Shown one piece after another: positions 24,614 through 34,171 of a DNA stretch of 43,416 nt. The stretch lies in the NCBI GenBank assembly GCA_030429125.1, contig JAUIDF010000001.1, positions 1-43,416 of the forward strand, in the 5' to 3' direction. Each line of letters starts with the position of its first letter. Within the stretch, counting starts at the first letter, position 1. A program made the position numbers and the translations under genes. The stretch is from Gammaproteobacteria bacterium (GTDB lineage Bacteria > Pseudomonadota > Gammaproteobacteria > Arenicellales > CAJQKF01). The notes beneath the pieces are model-generated. The model was not told the origin of the DNA. It saw only the letters and a list, made by a program, of their open reading frames with translations, and did no database searches.

Positions 24614-25467
24614 GCCGCGTTCGATCCGTGTTCGTCGGCGTACCGGTACGACCGGTACATTGTTCTGAGCTTCTCGTTGAGCCCGTTCAGCCGTTTCCAC
24701 TTCAGGAAGGCCTCGGTGTCGGGTTTGTGGTTGCTGAAATGGAGCAGGCGCACCTCGTCGAGGTCGAGCCGGAGCGATTCGTCGCCCAGCAGCGGTGTCT
24801 GGCAGTTGAACCGGTAGTCGCGCGAGTACGGTATACCGCGCAACAGGCACCACAGCGAGATGACGCTCTGGTCGGCGTAGGCGAGGTACGGCCCGTAACG
24901 CATGGTCAGGCGTTCGATCAGGGCGTGTTCTTCGCTGTTGCGAAAGCGTCGCGGAAGAACGAAAACGCCGGCATTGGCCATGTCGTCCATGTCATGCGGG
25001 TAGTCGAGCCCGTCCTCGCGAAGCAGGGCATGCAGGTCGGCGTCCTCGCTGGCGCCTTCGACGAAGACTCGCGTCGTCGGCCACGGTTCGTGGTTGGCGA
25101 TGATGAAGAACCCAGGGCTTGATATGATCTCATCCAGGGAGCCGAGAACGAGAGTGTCGACATCCAGGTGCAGCAGGTTGTCGTAGTCATCGAAATAGTC
25201 CGTCCACAGGGAGAAGCGGTCGAAGACGATGGGGCTCTTGATTCGATTCGGGTCGATGGCGTCGTGCCGCGGCGGTCGGTCAGGCGAGATCCGGGTGATG
25301 CCGGTCCTGTCAAGGAATGCTTCGACGTCGGGTGAGTGTCCGTCATAGGCGACCAGCAGCGGGGGGTGTGCGGGATAGTTCCGCTTCAGGCTGTGATAGC
25401 AGGCGCGAAAGTAATCGAAGTACCGATCGTTGAAAAAGCTCACGATGGCGTGTCGGGGAGTTGCCAT
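24562..25467 (-). CDS. GT-A fold glycosyltransferase, GT8-like (DxD)
   Basis: 301-aa ORF: IVSFFNDRYFDYFRACYHSL, LLHLDVDTLVLGSL (DxD), ANAGVFVLPRRF, YADQSVISLW. The 3' end overlaps the convergent oxygenase gene by 52 nt. Confidence 0.7.
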   Translation of the reverse strand: MATPRHAIVSFFNDRYFDYFRACYHSLKRNYPAHPPLLVAYDGHSPDVEAFLDRTGITRISPDRPPRHDAIDPNRIKSPIVFDRFSLWTDYFDDYDNLLHLDVDTLVLGSLDEIISSPGFFIIANHEPWPTTRVFVEGASEDADLHALLREDGLDYPHDMDDMANAGVFVLPRRFRNSEEHALIERLTMRYGPYLAYADQSVISLWCLLRGIPYSRDYRFNCQTPLLGDESLRLDLDEVRLLHFSNHKPDTEAFLKWKRLNGLNEKLRTMYRSYRYADEHGSNAAQPEPKASPGRCLKIVQ

Positions 25468-25568
25468 TGCCGGGGGTCGCAGTCGGCGACGCGCGAGGTC
25501 GTCCCGGACCGTGCCGTTCGCGTCAGGTCATTGAAAACAAACAGTATCGCCGGATTCTAACATTGCCC

Positions 25569-26732
25569 ATGACGAACATTGCCCTGGCTGACGACTACCT
25601 GGAAGCGGTTTCGCGCTCCCCGCTTGCCGGGGGCTCGTTTCGTGTCGTCGGCATCGCGGTGGTGAAGGACGAATCGGACATCATCGAGTACTTCGTTCGA
25701 TACAACCTGCGTTATCTCGATGCGCTGATCGTGATCGACAACGCCAGTGCGGACAGCACGCGCGACATCCTGGAGCGGCTCCGCGCCGAGTCGCTGCCGC
25801 TGGTCGTCATCGCCGACGATCGCGTGGGTCATTTCCAGGCGACCCGCCTGACGCACCTGGCCAGGGTCTGTACCCGCTGCCTTCAGACCGAGTACATCGT
25901 GCCGCTGGACGCCGACGAGATTATCGATAGCGGCTCGCGCGATCACTTCCTGCAATCGATCCGGGCAGTCCCCGACGGGTCCGCGCCCCTGTTGCTCTGG
26001 CGAACGCATGTTCCCGTGCCCGGTGACGACCCTTCGATCCTCGACCCCGTTCGTCGCATCGGCCACCGGCGGCAGCACGAGCGCCAGGACCTCGGCAAGG
26101 TCGTCATCCGCGTCGACGAGATGTCACGCGATGACGTGGTCCTGCGCGAGGGCAATCACGGGCTCGCCACACCGGACAACTCCATTCTTCACGCCGTTGT
26201 CGACGGCGTGCGTCTTGCCCATTTCCCGGTTCGCTCCGCGGAGCAGTTCGTGGCCAAGGCGCTGACCGGCCAGTTGGCAATCCAGCTCAACCCCGGGCGC
26301 GTCAACGGTGGGGCGTTTCACTGGAAGGCGATGTGTGAGCGCGTGGCACAGTCGTGGTCCGCTTCGGCCGAGATGCTGAGTGAGGTCGGCGCCGGCTACT
26401 CGGATCGCAGCAGATCCGCACTGGTGCACGATCCACTGGATGTCGATCCGGCACCGCGCTGTCGCTACGCGTCCCTCGCGGTCGCCGATGCGGCGGTGCG
26501 GATAGCCGGATTCCTCGCGGCCGTCGTGCGCCAGCATCCGGTGTTCCCGGCCGAAGAAACCCCCCGGGTGCTGGATAGACTGCGCGACCTCGCGGCGGCG
26601 GGACGCCTGGACCCGGGTTTGCGGGAGATCTGGTGCGCCGTGGCGGACTACTGTGCGGCCGCGGACCGTTCGGCCCGGAACGTGCGCTTGCCCGATATCC
26701 GTCGAGTCGCCGCGGTACCCGCATCGGCGTAG
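25569..26732 (+). CDS. Glycosyltransferase family 2-like (Glyco_tranf_2_4 type)
   Basis: ATG 25569 inside track ORF 25461..26732. Motifs are VVGIAVVKDESDIIEYFVRYNLRYLDALIVIDNASADSTRDIL and YIVPLDADEII (DxD). Confidence 0.7.
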   Translation: MTNIALADDYLEAVSRSPLAGGSFRVVGIAVVKDESDIIEYFVRYNLRYLDALIVIDNASADSTRDILERLRAESLPLVVIADDRVGHFQATRLTHLARVCTRCLQTEYIVPLDADEIIDSGSRDHFLQSIRAVPDGSAPLLLWRTHVPVPGDDPSILDPVRRIGHRRQHERQDLGKVVIRVDEMSRDDVVLREGNHGLATPDNSILHAVVDGVRLAHFPVRSAEQFVAKALTGQLAIQLNPGRVNGGAFHWKAMCERVAQSWSASAEMLSEVGAGYSDRSRSALVHDPLDVDPAPRCRYASLAVADAAVRIAGFLAAVVRQHPVFPAEETPRVLDRLRDLAAAGRLDPGLREIWCAVADYCAAADRSARNVRLPDIRRVAAVPASA

Positions 26733-26808
26733 TCGGGCTCGGTGCGCGGCGATGAATGGCCGGGCGCATTCACGGCGTGGCGGCGCCCGCCTTGGCCACG
26801 ACGGGCCG

Positions 26809-27669
26809 TCAGTAGAGCTTGTTCCAGCTTCGCCACTGCGCCGGGAATTCGCGCACCCAGGGTTCCGTCCGTTCGAGGAACTCGCCGGTGGCACGGCTTG
26901 CCTCGGTGTCCCGCCCGGCCCGCGAATCGATCGGCAGGGGCGGCAGGATTTCGACCCGAAAGCCCTCGTTGCCCGGCAGCCGGCAGCCGACCACGGGTAG
27001 CAGCGCCGCGCCGGTGCGATGGGCGATGGCCGGCGCGCCGTTGGCGAGTGCGACGCGCCGGCCCAGGATGCCGGCCTCGACGACGCGGCGCCCTTCCCAG
27101 GCGCCGGCGGTGATCGAAACGATGCCGTTGCGCGACAGCGCCTCAAGCAGTCGTTGCATGTACCCCAGGCTGTGGTCCCGGTCGATGACGATGCGTTCGG
27201 CAAGGAACGGGTCTTCGGCACGTACCCGGACGCGGTTGATGGTGCGGATACCGACACGCGTCTTGGAAAATCCATGCTCCGGACGACTGAGGTGAAGCAC
27301 GCGGTAGCCGTGTGCATGCAGCGCCATCTTGCCGACCAATCCGTTGTGAATGAAATGGGTCATCCACAGTATCGCGCCGCGGCCCCTCTCAAGCGCCGCG
27401 TCGAGGTGTTCGAGCCCACCCGTCGCGATGCGGGGGCGCTCGGCACCGACCTCCGGGGTGAGAACGGCCTTGACCACGGCGGCGTCTGGAAGTCGCTCCC
27501 ATGGTGCGACCCGCTTGTAAGCGGTGACGATTCGGCAAAAGCCCGGCCAGAATCGTTCCGGCAACAGCCAGGCGACCGGATACAGGCCGGCCAGGGCCAG
27601 GGCGAGCTTGAGATCCCGCAGTTCGAAAGTTTTCAAGTCCGGGACGCTCCTCGCGAGACCGTTGTCCAT
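26809..27669 (-). CDS. Lipid A biosynthesis (LpxL/HtrB-type) acyltransferase family protein, divergent
   Basis: 286 aa with an N-terminal TM segment LKLALALAGLYPVAWLL. The core is GRGAILWMTHFIHNG and the C-terminus is EFPAQWRSWNKLY, like the P-x-Q-W/Y-x-W tail of the family. The acidic residue of the canonical H-x4-D/E is not in the expected position (HFIHNG), so activity and substrate are uncertain. Confidence 0.6.
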   Translation of the reverse strand: MDNGLARSVPDLKTFELRDLKLALALAGLYPVAWLLPERFWPGFCRIVTAYKRVAPWERLPDAAVVKAVLTPEVGAERPRIATGGLEHLDAALERGRGAILWMTHFIHNGLVGKMALHAHGYRVLHLSRPEHGFSKTRVGIRTINRVRVRAEDPFLAERIVIDRDHSLGYMQRLLEALSRNGIVSITAGAWEGRRVVEAGILGRRVALANGAPAIAHRTGAALLPVVGCRLPGNEGFRVEILPPLPIDSRAGRDTEASRATGEFLERTEPWVREFPAQWRSWNKLY

Positions 27670-27797
27670 CCGGTGCGAATGCTGGTCCGCGCACCGGTTC
27701 GTCGCCGCCGTGCCGTCGATAGGTCGAGGACGAGTCGCGGTAGTATACTGGCATCGCCGCGAACGGCCTGCCCGACGACATCCGAAAGCGAATCATC

Positions 27798-28694
27798 TTG
27801 ACTGTCCCGACCATTGCATTGTTCGGCTGCGGCACCTGGGGTCGCGTCATTCTCGAGACTCTCGGGCGGCTGGACTGCCGCGTCATCGTGATCGATCCGG
27901 ATGGCGGCGCTGGCGCATGCGCGGATGCCCACGGTGCACCATGGCATCCGAGCGACTCTCCCCGACTGGGCTTCGACGCGGCGATCGTGGCGACGCCGGC
28001 GTCGACTCATTTCGACGTCGTATCGAAGCTGTGCGACCGGGGCGTTCCGCTGTTCGTGGAAAAGCCGTTTACCCTCTCCGGCACCGATGCCCGCGCGCTC
28101 GTGGACCGGGCAGGCGAGCGATTGTTTCCCCTGCATGTGTGGCGTTATCACCCGGGGATCGTTGCCATGGCGTCGTTGGCGACGCGCGGCGATTTCGGCG
28201 CCGTCAAGGGTGTGCGCACGTTCAGAACCAACTGGACGAGCCCACGTACCGATGTCGGCGCCGAGTGGACCCTGCTTCCCCATGACCTGACGATCTGCCT
28301 CGCTCTTCTTGGAAGGATTCCGGAGCTTCGACATGCCGTCGCCGAGCGTTCGCCGGGTGGCGTCAACGGCGTCCTGGCATGTTATGGTTCCGAACCTTGG
28401 TTTGTCGCCGACGTGTCGAACCGGTACGAGGGCAAGAACCGACAGGTCAGGTTGCACCTGGAATCGGCGGTCGTCGTACTCGAACATGGAGAGGCCGAAG
28501 GGCTTCGGATTCTGCGCGGCAACGAACGCTCACCGGCGATCGATACGATACCCATCGATACGACGCCCGCGCTTGAAGTCGAGTTAAGGGCCTGCCTCGA
28601 CTACCTGGCCGGTGGTGAGCGGCCGACCTGTGGCGCCGAAGAGGGCCTGGAGATCGTCAGGCAGGTTGAAATGATCAGGACATACATTGGATAA
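27798..28694 (+). CDS. Gfo/Idh/MocA-family NAD(P)-dependent sugar oxidoreductase
   Basis: TTG 27798; 298 aa. Rossmann motif IALFGCGTWGRVIL, ATPASTHFD, and the EKP motif in LFVEKPFT. Confidence 0.8.
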   Translation: MTVPTIALFGCGTWGRVILETLGRLDCRVIVIDPDGGAGACADAHGAPWHPSDSPRLGFDAAIVATPASTHFDVVSKLCDRGVPLFVEKPFTLSGTDARALVDRAGERLFPLHVWRYHPGIVAMASLATRGDFGAVKGVRTFRTNWTSPRTDVGAEWTLLPHDLTICLALLGRIPELRHAVAERSPGGVNGVLACYGSEPWFVADVSNRYEGKNRQVRLHLESAVVVLEHGEAEGLRILRGNERSPAIDTIPIDTTPALEVELRACLDYLAGGERPTCGAEEGLEIVRQVEMIRTYIG

Positions 28695-29292
28695 CCCCGT
28701 CATCGTCCCGCGCGAGGCGGCAACCGCGCATCTGGTTCACGGCAGCGTGCTGGCCGGTGTCAACACGGTCGCTCTCGTGCCGCATCGCGATCGCCGCGGG
28801 AGTTTCACCGAGATCTACAACGCGTCGTTCGAGCCGTTTCTGGCGCCGTCGCAGTGGAGCGTGGTGCGGTCGCGGCGCGACACGTTGCGCGGCATGCACG
28901 TTCACCTGCGGCACGACGAGTACTTCCATCTGCTCGACGGCCACGTGTTCGTGGGCCTGCACGACGTCAGGCCGGGCTCGCCGACGCAGGGACTGTCGAG
29001 TCTCTACGAGTTCGGTGCAGACACCGACGTCAGCCTCGTTTTTCCTCGCGGCCTGCTGCACGGCTGGCTGTTCACCCGGGATTCGGTCCACATCCAGGCG
29101 ACGTCGGAAGACTACGACGATTATCGCGACGACGACAATTTCGGCTGCGCGTGGAACGACCCGGCGCTCGACCTGCCGTGGCCCTCGACGCCGAACCGGG
29201 TCTCTTCGCGCGCCCGCGGGTTTCCGCGCCTCGCCGAATTGCTGGCCGACATCGACAGACGCACGCCGGGCTTTCGTTATGGCGAATCCTGA
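28687..29292 (+). CDS. dTDP-4-dehydrorhamnose 3,5-epimerase-like cupin (RmlC family)
   Basis: TTG 28687 overlaps the upstream stop by 8 nt. Motifs are HRDRRGSFTEIY, LRGMHVHL and FPRGLLHGW. Confidence 0.75.
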   Translation: MDNPVIVPREAATAHLVHGSVLAGVNTVALVPHRDRRGSFTEIYNASFEPFLAPSQWSVVRSRRDTLRGMHVHLRHDEYFHLLDGHVFVGLHDVRPGSPTQGLSSLYEFGADTDVSLVFPRGLLHGWLFTRDSVHIQATSEDYDDYRDDDNFGCAWNDPALDLPWPSTPNRVSSRARGFPRLAELLADIDRRTPGFRYGES

Positions 29293-29767
29293 TACGGTTC
29301 GTCTTGTGGACGCAAAGCCGTCGGCAACGGTTCGCCGCGATCGCCAGATCGTGGTGCCGGTGCAGGACGGACTCCGCGTCGTGGTGTTCCTGAAGTCGCA
29401 GGGCGAGTCGTCGTTCGTCGGCTTCGCCGTGGATGCGTCCGGTGTCGAGCTCCTGAAGTTCGATTGCAGCGGGGTGCTTGCGAACCTGCACGGGCACTAT
29501 CATCTCGGCGTCACCTACGATGGCCACCCGGCGTATTCGAAGCGGTTCGAGTTTCCGGAAGGGGATCCCGGCCGCCAGATCGCCTTCGCCGTGCATTTCT
29601 ATCGTCACCACCTGGCGATGGTCATCGGGCTGCATCATGCCGAGGCGATCAGGTGCATGCGGCTCGACGCCGGCCTCGTTGCAGACTCGTGCGAACGCAT
29701 CGGCGAGGCCTTGACGGCGCTGCTGCCGTCGGTCACGCCCGACTGCTTCCCATCCGCGCCCGCCTGA
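29279..29767 (+). CDS. Hypothetical protein (162 aa)
   Basis: ATG 29279 within track ORF 28757..29767, overlapping the RmlC-like gene end by 14 nt. The composition is protein-like (MANPDTVRLVDAKPSATV...HGHYHLGVTYDGHPAYSKRFEF). I recognise no family. Confidence 0.5.
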   Translation: MANPDTVRLVDAKPSATVRRDRQIVVPVQDGLRVVVFLKSQGESSFVGFAVDASGVELLKFDCSGVLANLHGHYHLGVTYDGHPAYSKRFEFPEGDPGRQIAFAVHFYRHHLAMVIGLHHAEAIRCMRLDAGLVADSCERIGEALTALLPSVTPDCFPSAPA

Positions 29768-29841
29768 TCGCCGCTGCAACCGGGACGGACGCGGACCTGC
29801 GCGCCGTGCCCCGACGCGCTGGCGTCACGCTGAGGGCTCGT

Positions 29842-30720
29842 TCAACCGGCGCGATCCCGGTCGGCTTCGTGCAGCAGACGGGTGAGGTGGTGCGACGAAC
29901 GCGCAAAGTGCCAGGCCATGACGCGAAACGCGAGTTCGGTTCGGCGTGGAATCCAGGTTTCGTCGGTGGCCCGACCGATCCACCTGGACAGCGCCTCGCC
30001 CTGGGCGGCGAGATCGCGATGCCACAGTGAGGTCGGGAAGTAGATCACGGTAGGCTGCACCGTCGATGCCATCCTCATGCGCCCGCTCGACCACAGTTTG
30101 CGCCACATGTAGTGATCCGTGGGCCAGCCGGGCGGCGTCGTGTCCCAGTGCGCGCCCGATTGCAGGTAGGCCTCGCGGGCGTGTGCTGCCGCACTCAGGG
30201 GAATGCCCCGCACGTGTTCCCCGCGTTCGTACGATGGTGGATAGGGATCGGCCTGGCACCAGAGATCACGGATTTCGTTCTCGTCGGCCGCGTGCCGGCC
30301 CAGCACCAGCGGCGGCTGGCAGTTCACGACATCGTCGTGGCCGATTACGAGCACCATCGAGTGCGCGAAATCGCAGCGCTGAAGCGTGGTACGCAGCGTC
30401 TGGAGGTGATCGACGCACCACAGGTCGCGGTCACAGATGTAGGCGATGTGACGACCCGTGGCGCGGGTCGCGATCAGGTCGTGCCGGTGCGGCTCGCCGC
30501 GCTGGACGTGCTTGGCGAACCCGATGAACCGCACGCGCTCGTCGTTCGCTGAAAACCGGTCCACCACGGCGCGCGTTTCCTGTCCGGCGCCGTCGCCGAC
30601 GACGAACAGCTCGAAGTCAGCCAGGGTCTGGGACAGGACGCTGCGGATGGCATGGCCGATCACGGGCGCCTTGTCGCCCGTGGTCGGCATGATCACGGTG
30701 AACTCTCGTTTCTCACTCAT
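29842..30720 (-). CDS. Family 2 glycosyltransferase
   Basis: 292 aa: FTVIMPTTGDKAPVIGHAIRSVLSQTLADFELFVVGDGAGQET, YICDRDLW (DxD-like). Confidence 0.75.
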   Translation of the reverse strand: MSEKREFTVIMPTTGDKAPVIGHAIRSVLSQTLADFELFVVGDGAGQETRAVVDRFSANDERVRFIGFAKHVQRGEPHRHDLIATRATGRHIAYICDRDLWCVDHLQTLRTTLQRCDFAHSMVLVIGHDDVVNCQPPLVLGRHAADENEIRDLWCQADPYPPSYERGEHVRGIPLSAAAHAREAYLQSGAHWDTTPPGWPTDHYMWRKLWSSGRMRMASTVQPTVIYFPTSLWHRDLAAQGEALSRWIGRATDETWIPRRTELAFRVMAWHFARSSHHLTRLLHEADRDRAG

Positions 30721-30786
30721 ATCGCATCGCCTGGTGCGGACAGTTCGTCGGTGTCGGCCGCTTCCCGGGCCGGCAAAGGGACCGGG

Positions 30787-31794
30787 CTAGTTCCCGGCTT
30801 CGAGCGGCGGCTCGTCCATGGCGGCCGCCTGTTCGCGCAGGTCGAGGATGTGCTGTTGCCACGCGCGCTGGGTATTGAACCAGGGGAAGGCGCGGGGGAA
30901 CGCGGGATCGCTCCAGCGTCGAGCCAGCCACGCGTTGTAGTGCAGCAGCCTCAGCGTGCGAAGCGCTTCCACCAGGTGCAGTTGGCGCATCGGGAACTCG
31001 CAGAAATCCGTGTACCCGGTGAGCAGGGCGTCGAGGGCCGCGGTGCGGTCGGCGCGATCGCCCGACAGCAGCATCCACAGGTCCTGTATCGCCGGCGCCA
31101 TGCGCGCGTCGTCGAGGTCGACGAGGTGCGGTCCGGCTTCGGTCCACAGGATGTTGCCGATGTGCATGTCGCCGTGGGTGCGGATCAGCTGCACGTCGCC
31201 GGCGCGTTCGTAACACCACCGGACCCGTTGCAGCAGGTCCTCGGCGAGCGTGCGATAGGGCGTTTCGAGCTCCGGCGGCAGCAGCGGGCAGGCGAGCACG
31301 AAGCGGCAGGCATCGTCCCCGAAGCTGGCTGCGTCCAGGGTCGGTCGGTGGTCGAACGCGCGCACCGCGCCGACGGCGTGCAGGCGGCCGATGAAGCGGC
31401 CGATGATCTCCAGCTGATCGAGGTCGTCGGGCTCGGGCGCGCGCCCGCCGGCGCGTGGGAACAGGGCGAACCGGTACGCCGCGTGCCGACGGAGCGTGAC
31501 GCCGTCCCCGTCGGCCAGCGGGGCCACCACCGGTACCTCGGCATCGGCGAGTTCTTGCGAAAAGGCGTGCTCCTCGACGATGGCGTCGTCGCTCCAGCGG
31601 TGAGGCCGATAGAACTTGGCGATGATCGGCGGAGCCTCCTCGAGGCCGACCTGGTAGACGCGATTCTCGTAGCTGTTCAGCGCCAGCAGGCGGCCGTCGC
31701 ACCGCCAGCCGGCACTCTCCACGGCGTCCAGGACCTGGTCGGGGCCGAGGTCACGATAGCGCAGGGACTCGTCGTCGTTGTCGGGTGAATGCAT
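30787..31794 (-). CDS. srkA: Stress response kinase A (YihE/RdoA family Ser/Thr kinase)
   Basis: ATG 31794 (MHSPDNDD...) inside track ORF 30787..31926. Hallmark motifs are LALNSYENRVYQV, IAKFYRP, IRTHGDMHIGNILW and VDLDDARMAPAIQDLWML. Confidence 0.9.
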   Translation of the reverse strand: MHSPDNDDESLRYRDLGPDQVLDAVESAGWRCDGRLLALNSYENRVYQVGLEEAPPIIAKFYRPHRWSDDAIVEEHAFSQELADAEVPVVAPLADGDGVTLRRHAAYRFALFPRAGGRAPEPDDLDQLEIIGRFIGRLHAVGAVRAFDHRPTLDAASFGDDACRFVLACPLLPPELETPYRTLAEDLLQRVRWCYERAGDVQLIRTHGDMHIGNILWTEAGPHLVDLDDARMAPAIQDLWMLLSGDRADRTAALDALLTGYTDFCEFPMRQLHLVEALRTLRLLHYNAWLARRWSDPAFPRAFPWFNTQRAWQQHILDLREQAAAMDEPPLEAGN

Positions 31795-31913
31795 GCGTGG
31801 ATTATCCCACGATGCGTGGCCGCGAGGCGGGCGATATCCGCTTAAAGCGGTTAAAGTAGCGGGCGCGGCGCGAACGCCGCGACACGCAACAGAATACCGA
31901 CAGAATACACAGC

Positions 31914-34157
31914 ATGCCGCATTCAAAGTACCTGCCCGAACGCATGGGCACCGCCGTCGTATCTCCGCGAGGCCGCTTCGAGGCCGGCGCCTACCAGTCC
32001 TTCGAGCTGACCTATACCGCGGGGTATTTCGGCATCGACGATACCGGCTCGATCAAGGTGGTGCATCGATTCGCCAGCGACATGGGGCGCCCGCAGTTCG
32101 ACGATCCGGCGGCGCCCAACTACGTCTCCGCCGAGGCCAGCAATGGCGCCGTGCTGCATCTGGAATACGACATGAAGCGCAACATCCGTCCATGGGACAA
32201 GACGCTGTACATCAAGGTCGTGAGGGGCTTCCTGCGCGAGGGGGACACTATCACCGTGCGCTTCGGCGACCCGCGCGGCGGCTCGCCGGGCATGCGTTTG
32301 CAGACCTTCTGCGAGGACACGTTCGAGTTCCGCGTACTGGTCGATGCCATCGCCACCTACAACTACGTCGAACTCCCGGTTCAGCCCGAGATCGCCATCG
32401 TGCCCGGGCCGCCGACGCTGTACAAGGCAATCCTGCCAACGGCGCGCGAGGTGGGCGAGGTATTCCGGCTGTGCCTGAAGGGCGAGGACCGCTGGGGCAA
32501 TCCGTCGGACCGTTGCGACGAATCGTTCGCCCTGGTCGCCAGCCGCCCGATGCAGGGGCTGCCGGCGCGCGTGACCTTTTCGCCGGGCGAGTTCTCGGTG
32601 ATCGTCGAGGGCCTGTCCGTCGACGAACCCGGCGACGTGCACATCGAGTTGCGCGCGGATGATGGCACGGTGCGTGCACGGTCCAATCCGCTGCGCATCG
32701 AGGCGTCGATGGATCTCAAGCCCTACTGGGGCGACCTGCACGGGCAGTCCGAGGAGACCATCGGCACGAATTCGGCGCGGGACTTCCATCGCTTCGCCCG
32801 CGACCGCGCCTTCCTCGACGCCGTCGGCCACCAGGGCAACGACTTTCAGATCACGACGCCGTTCTGGCATCACCTCAACGAGCTGTCGCGCGAGTTCAGC
32901 GTGGATGGTTCGTTCGTCGTCTTTCCCGGCTACGAATGGTCGGGCAACACCGGACTCGGCGGCGATCGCAACGTGCTGTACCGCCACGAGGGCCGGCAGA
33001 TCCATCGCTCATCTCATGCATTGGTGGACGACCTGTCCGACATCGATACCGACGCCAATTCGGCCGAGGCCCTGTTCCATGCCCTGAAGAACGAGGACTG
33101 CGTCGTATTCGCCCACATCGGCGGGCGCTATGCCGACATCAATATCGCCCACGACATCCGCCTGGAGCGCGCGGTGGAGGTGCATTCGGCGTGGGGCACG
33201 TTCGAGTGGCTCATCCACGATGCCTTCAGGCAGGGCTACCGGGTCGGCATCGTCTCCAACTCCGACGGCCACAAGGGACGCCCCGGCGCCAGTCATCCCG
33301 GGGCTACCAAGTTCGGCGCCTACGGCGGGCTGACCTGCATGCTGGCCGGGACGTTCAGCCGCGACGGCCTGCTCGACTCATTGCGTCGTCGCCACCACTA
33401 CGGCACTACCGGCTGCCGCATGGTGCTCGATACGCGCGTGGACTTCGATGCGGCCGCGACGATCTTCGACGACGATCCGCTGCTGGGCGACACGGCGAGC
33501 CGGCAGGCGTCGTCGGCGATGATGGGGGACATCTGCCGCAGCGCGGACGAGGCGGTGACCTTCAGTATCGATGTACATGGCTCGGCGCCGATCGAACGCA
33601 TCGAGATACGCAACGGTCTCGAGGTGCTCGAAACGCTGCGGCCCTACGTCGACGCGGATCTCGGACGGCGCATTCGCGTGATCTGGGAAGGCTCGGAGTA
33701 TCGCGGACGTGGCCGCGAAACCACCTGGGACGGCAGCGCGACGCTCCAGGGCAACACCTTCGAGCGGCTCGCGCCGATCAACCGCTACAACCTCGACAAG
33801 CGCTTCGAGCAGACCGCGCCCGGCGTCGTCCAGTGGCAGGCGTTGACCACCGGCGGCTTTGGCGGTTTCGACGCGTGGCTCGCCGATCCCGAGGCCGGTG
33901 AGCTCGAGATCGATACCGCCCTGGTCAGGACGCGAATCGATATCGCCGACATCGGCCGCGACGATCTCGTCTTCGAGGCCGGCGGTATCGCCCGCCGGAT
34001 TCGCGTGTTTCGCCTACCCGACGACAATCCTCACCGGGTGCTCACCGCTCGCCGGCGCGTGACACTGCGCGACGACGGCGACAATGCGTTCTACGTGTGC
34101 GTCACCCAGGAGGACGGCCACCTCGCCTGGTCGAGTCCGATTTACGTTTTTCGCTGA
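31914..34157 (+). CDS. DUF3604-like metal-dependent (PHP-like) hydrolase family protein
   Basis: 747-aa ORF. It has an N-terminal beta-rich region, then YWGDLHGQSEETIGTNS, GYEWSGNTGLGGDRNV, VFAHIGGRYA, EVHSAWGTFEWL and SNSDGHKGRPG, a pattern of His/Asp ligands as in DUF3604/PHP proteins. Family assignment is from memory. Confidence 0.7.
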   Translation: MPHSKYLPERMGTAVVSPRGRFEAGAYQSFELTYTAGYFGIDDTGSIKVVHRFASDMGRPQFDDPAAPNYVSAEASNGAVLHLEYDMKRNIRPWDKTLYIKVVRGFLREGDTITVRFGDPRGGSPGMRLQTFCEDTFEFRVLVDAIATYNYVELPVQPEIAIVPGPPTLYKAILPTAREVGEVFRLCLKGEDRWGNPSDRCDESFALVASRPMQGLPARVTFSPGEFSVIVEGLSVDEPGDVHIELRADDGTVRARSNPLRIEASMDLKPYWGDLHGQSEETIGTNSARDFHRFARDRAFLDAVGHQGNDFQITTPFWHHLNELSREFSVDGSFVVFPGYEWSGNTGLGGDRNVLYRHEGRQIHRSSHALVDDLSDIDTDANSAEALFHALKNEDCVVFAHIGGRYADINIAHDIRLERAVEVHSAWGTFEWLIHDAFRQGYRVGIVSNSDGHKGRPGASHPGATKFGAYGGLTCMLAGTFSRDGLLDSLRRRHHYGTTGCRMVLDTRVDFDAAATIFDDDPLLGDTASRQASSAMMGDICRSADEAVTFSIDVHGSAPIERIEIRNGLEVLETLRPYVDADLGRRIRVIWEGSEYRGRGRETTWDGSATLQGNTFERLAPINRYNLDKRFEQTAPGVVQWQALTTGGFGGFDAWLADPEAGELEIDTALVRTRIDIADIGRDDLVFEAGGIARRIRVFRLPDDNPHRVLTARRRVTLRDDGDNAFYVCVTQEDGHLAWSSPIYVFR

Positions 34158-34171
34158 CACGCGCCTGGCGG

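Noticed and set aside
31838-31860. Imperfect palindrome ccgctt-a-aagcgg followed by a ttaaag repeat, in the srkA / DUF3604 divergent promoter.
   Set aside because: It is short (6-1-6) with no matching regulator nearby or second copy in the window. The evidence is too weak to call an operator.
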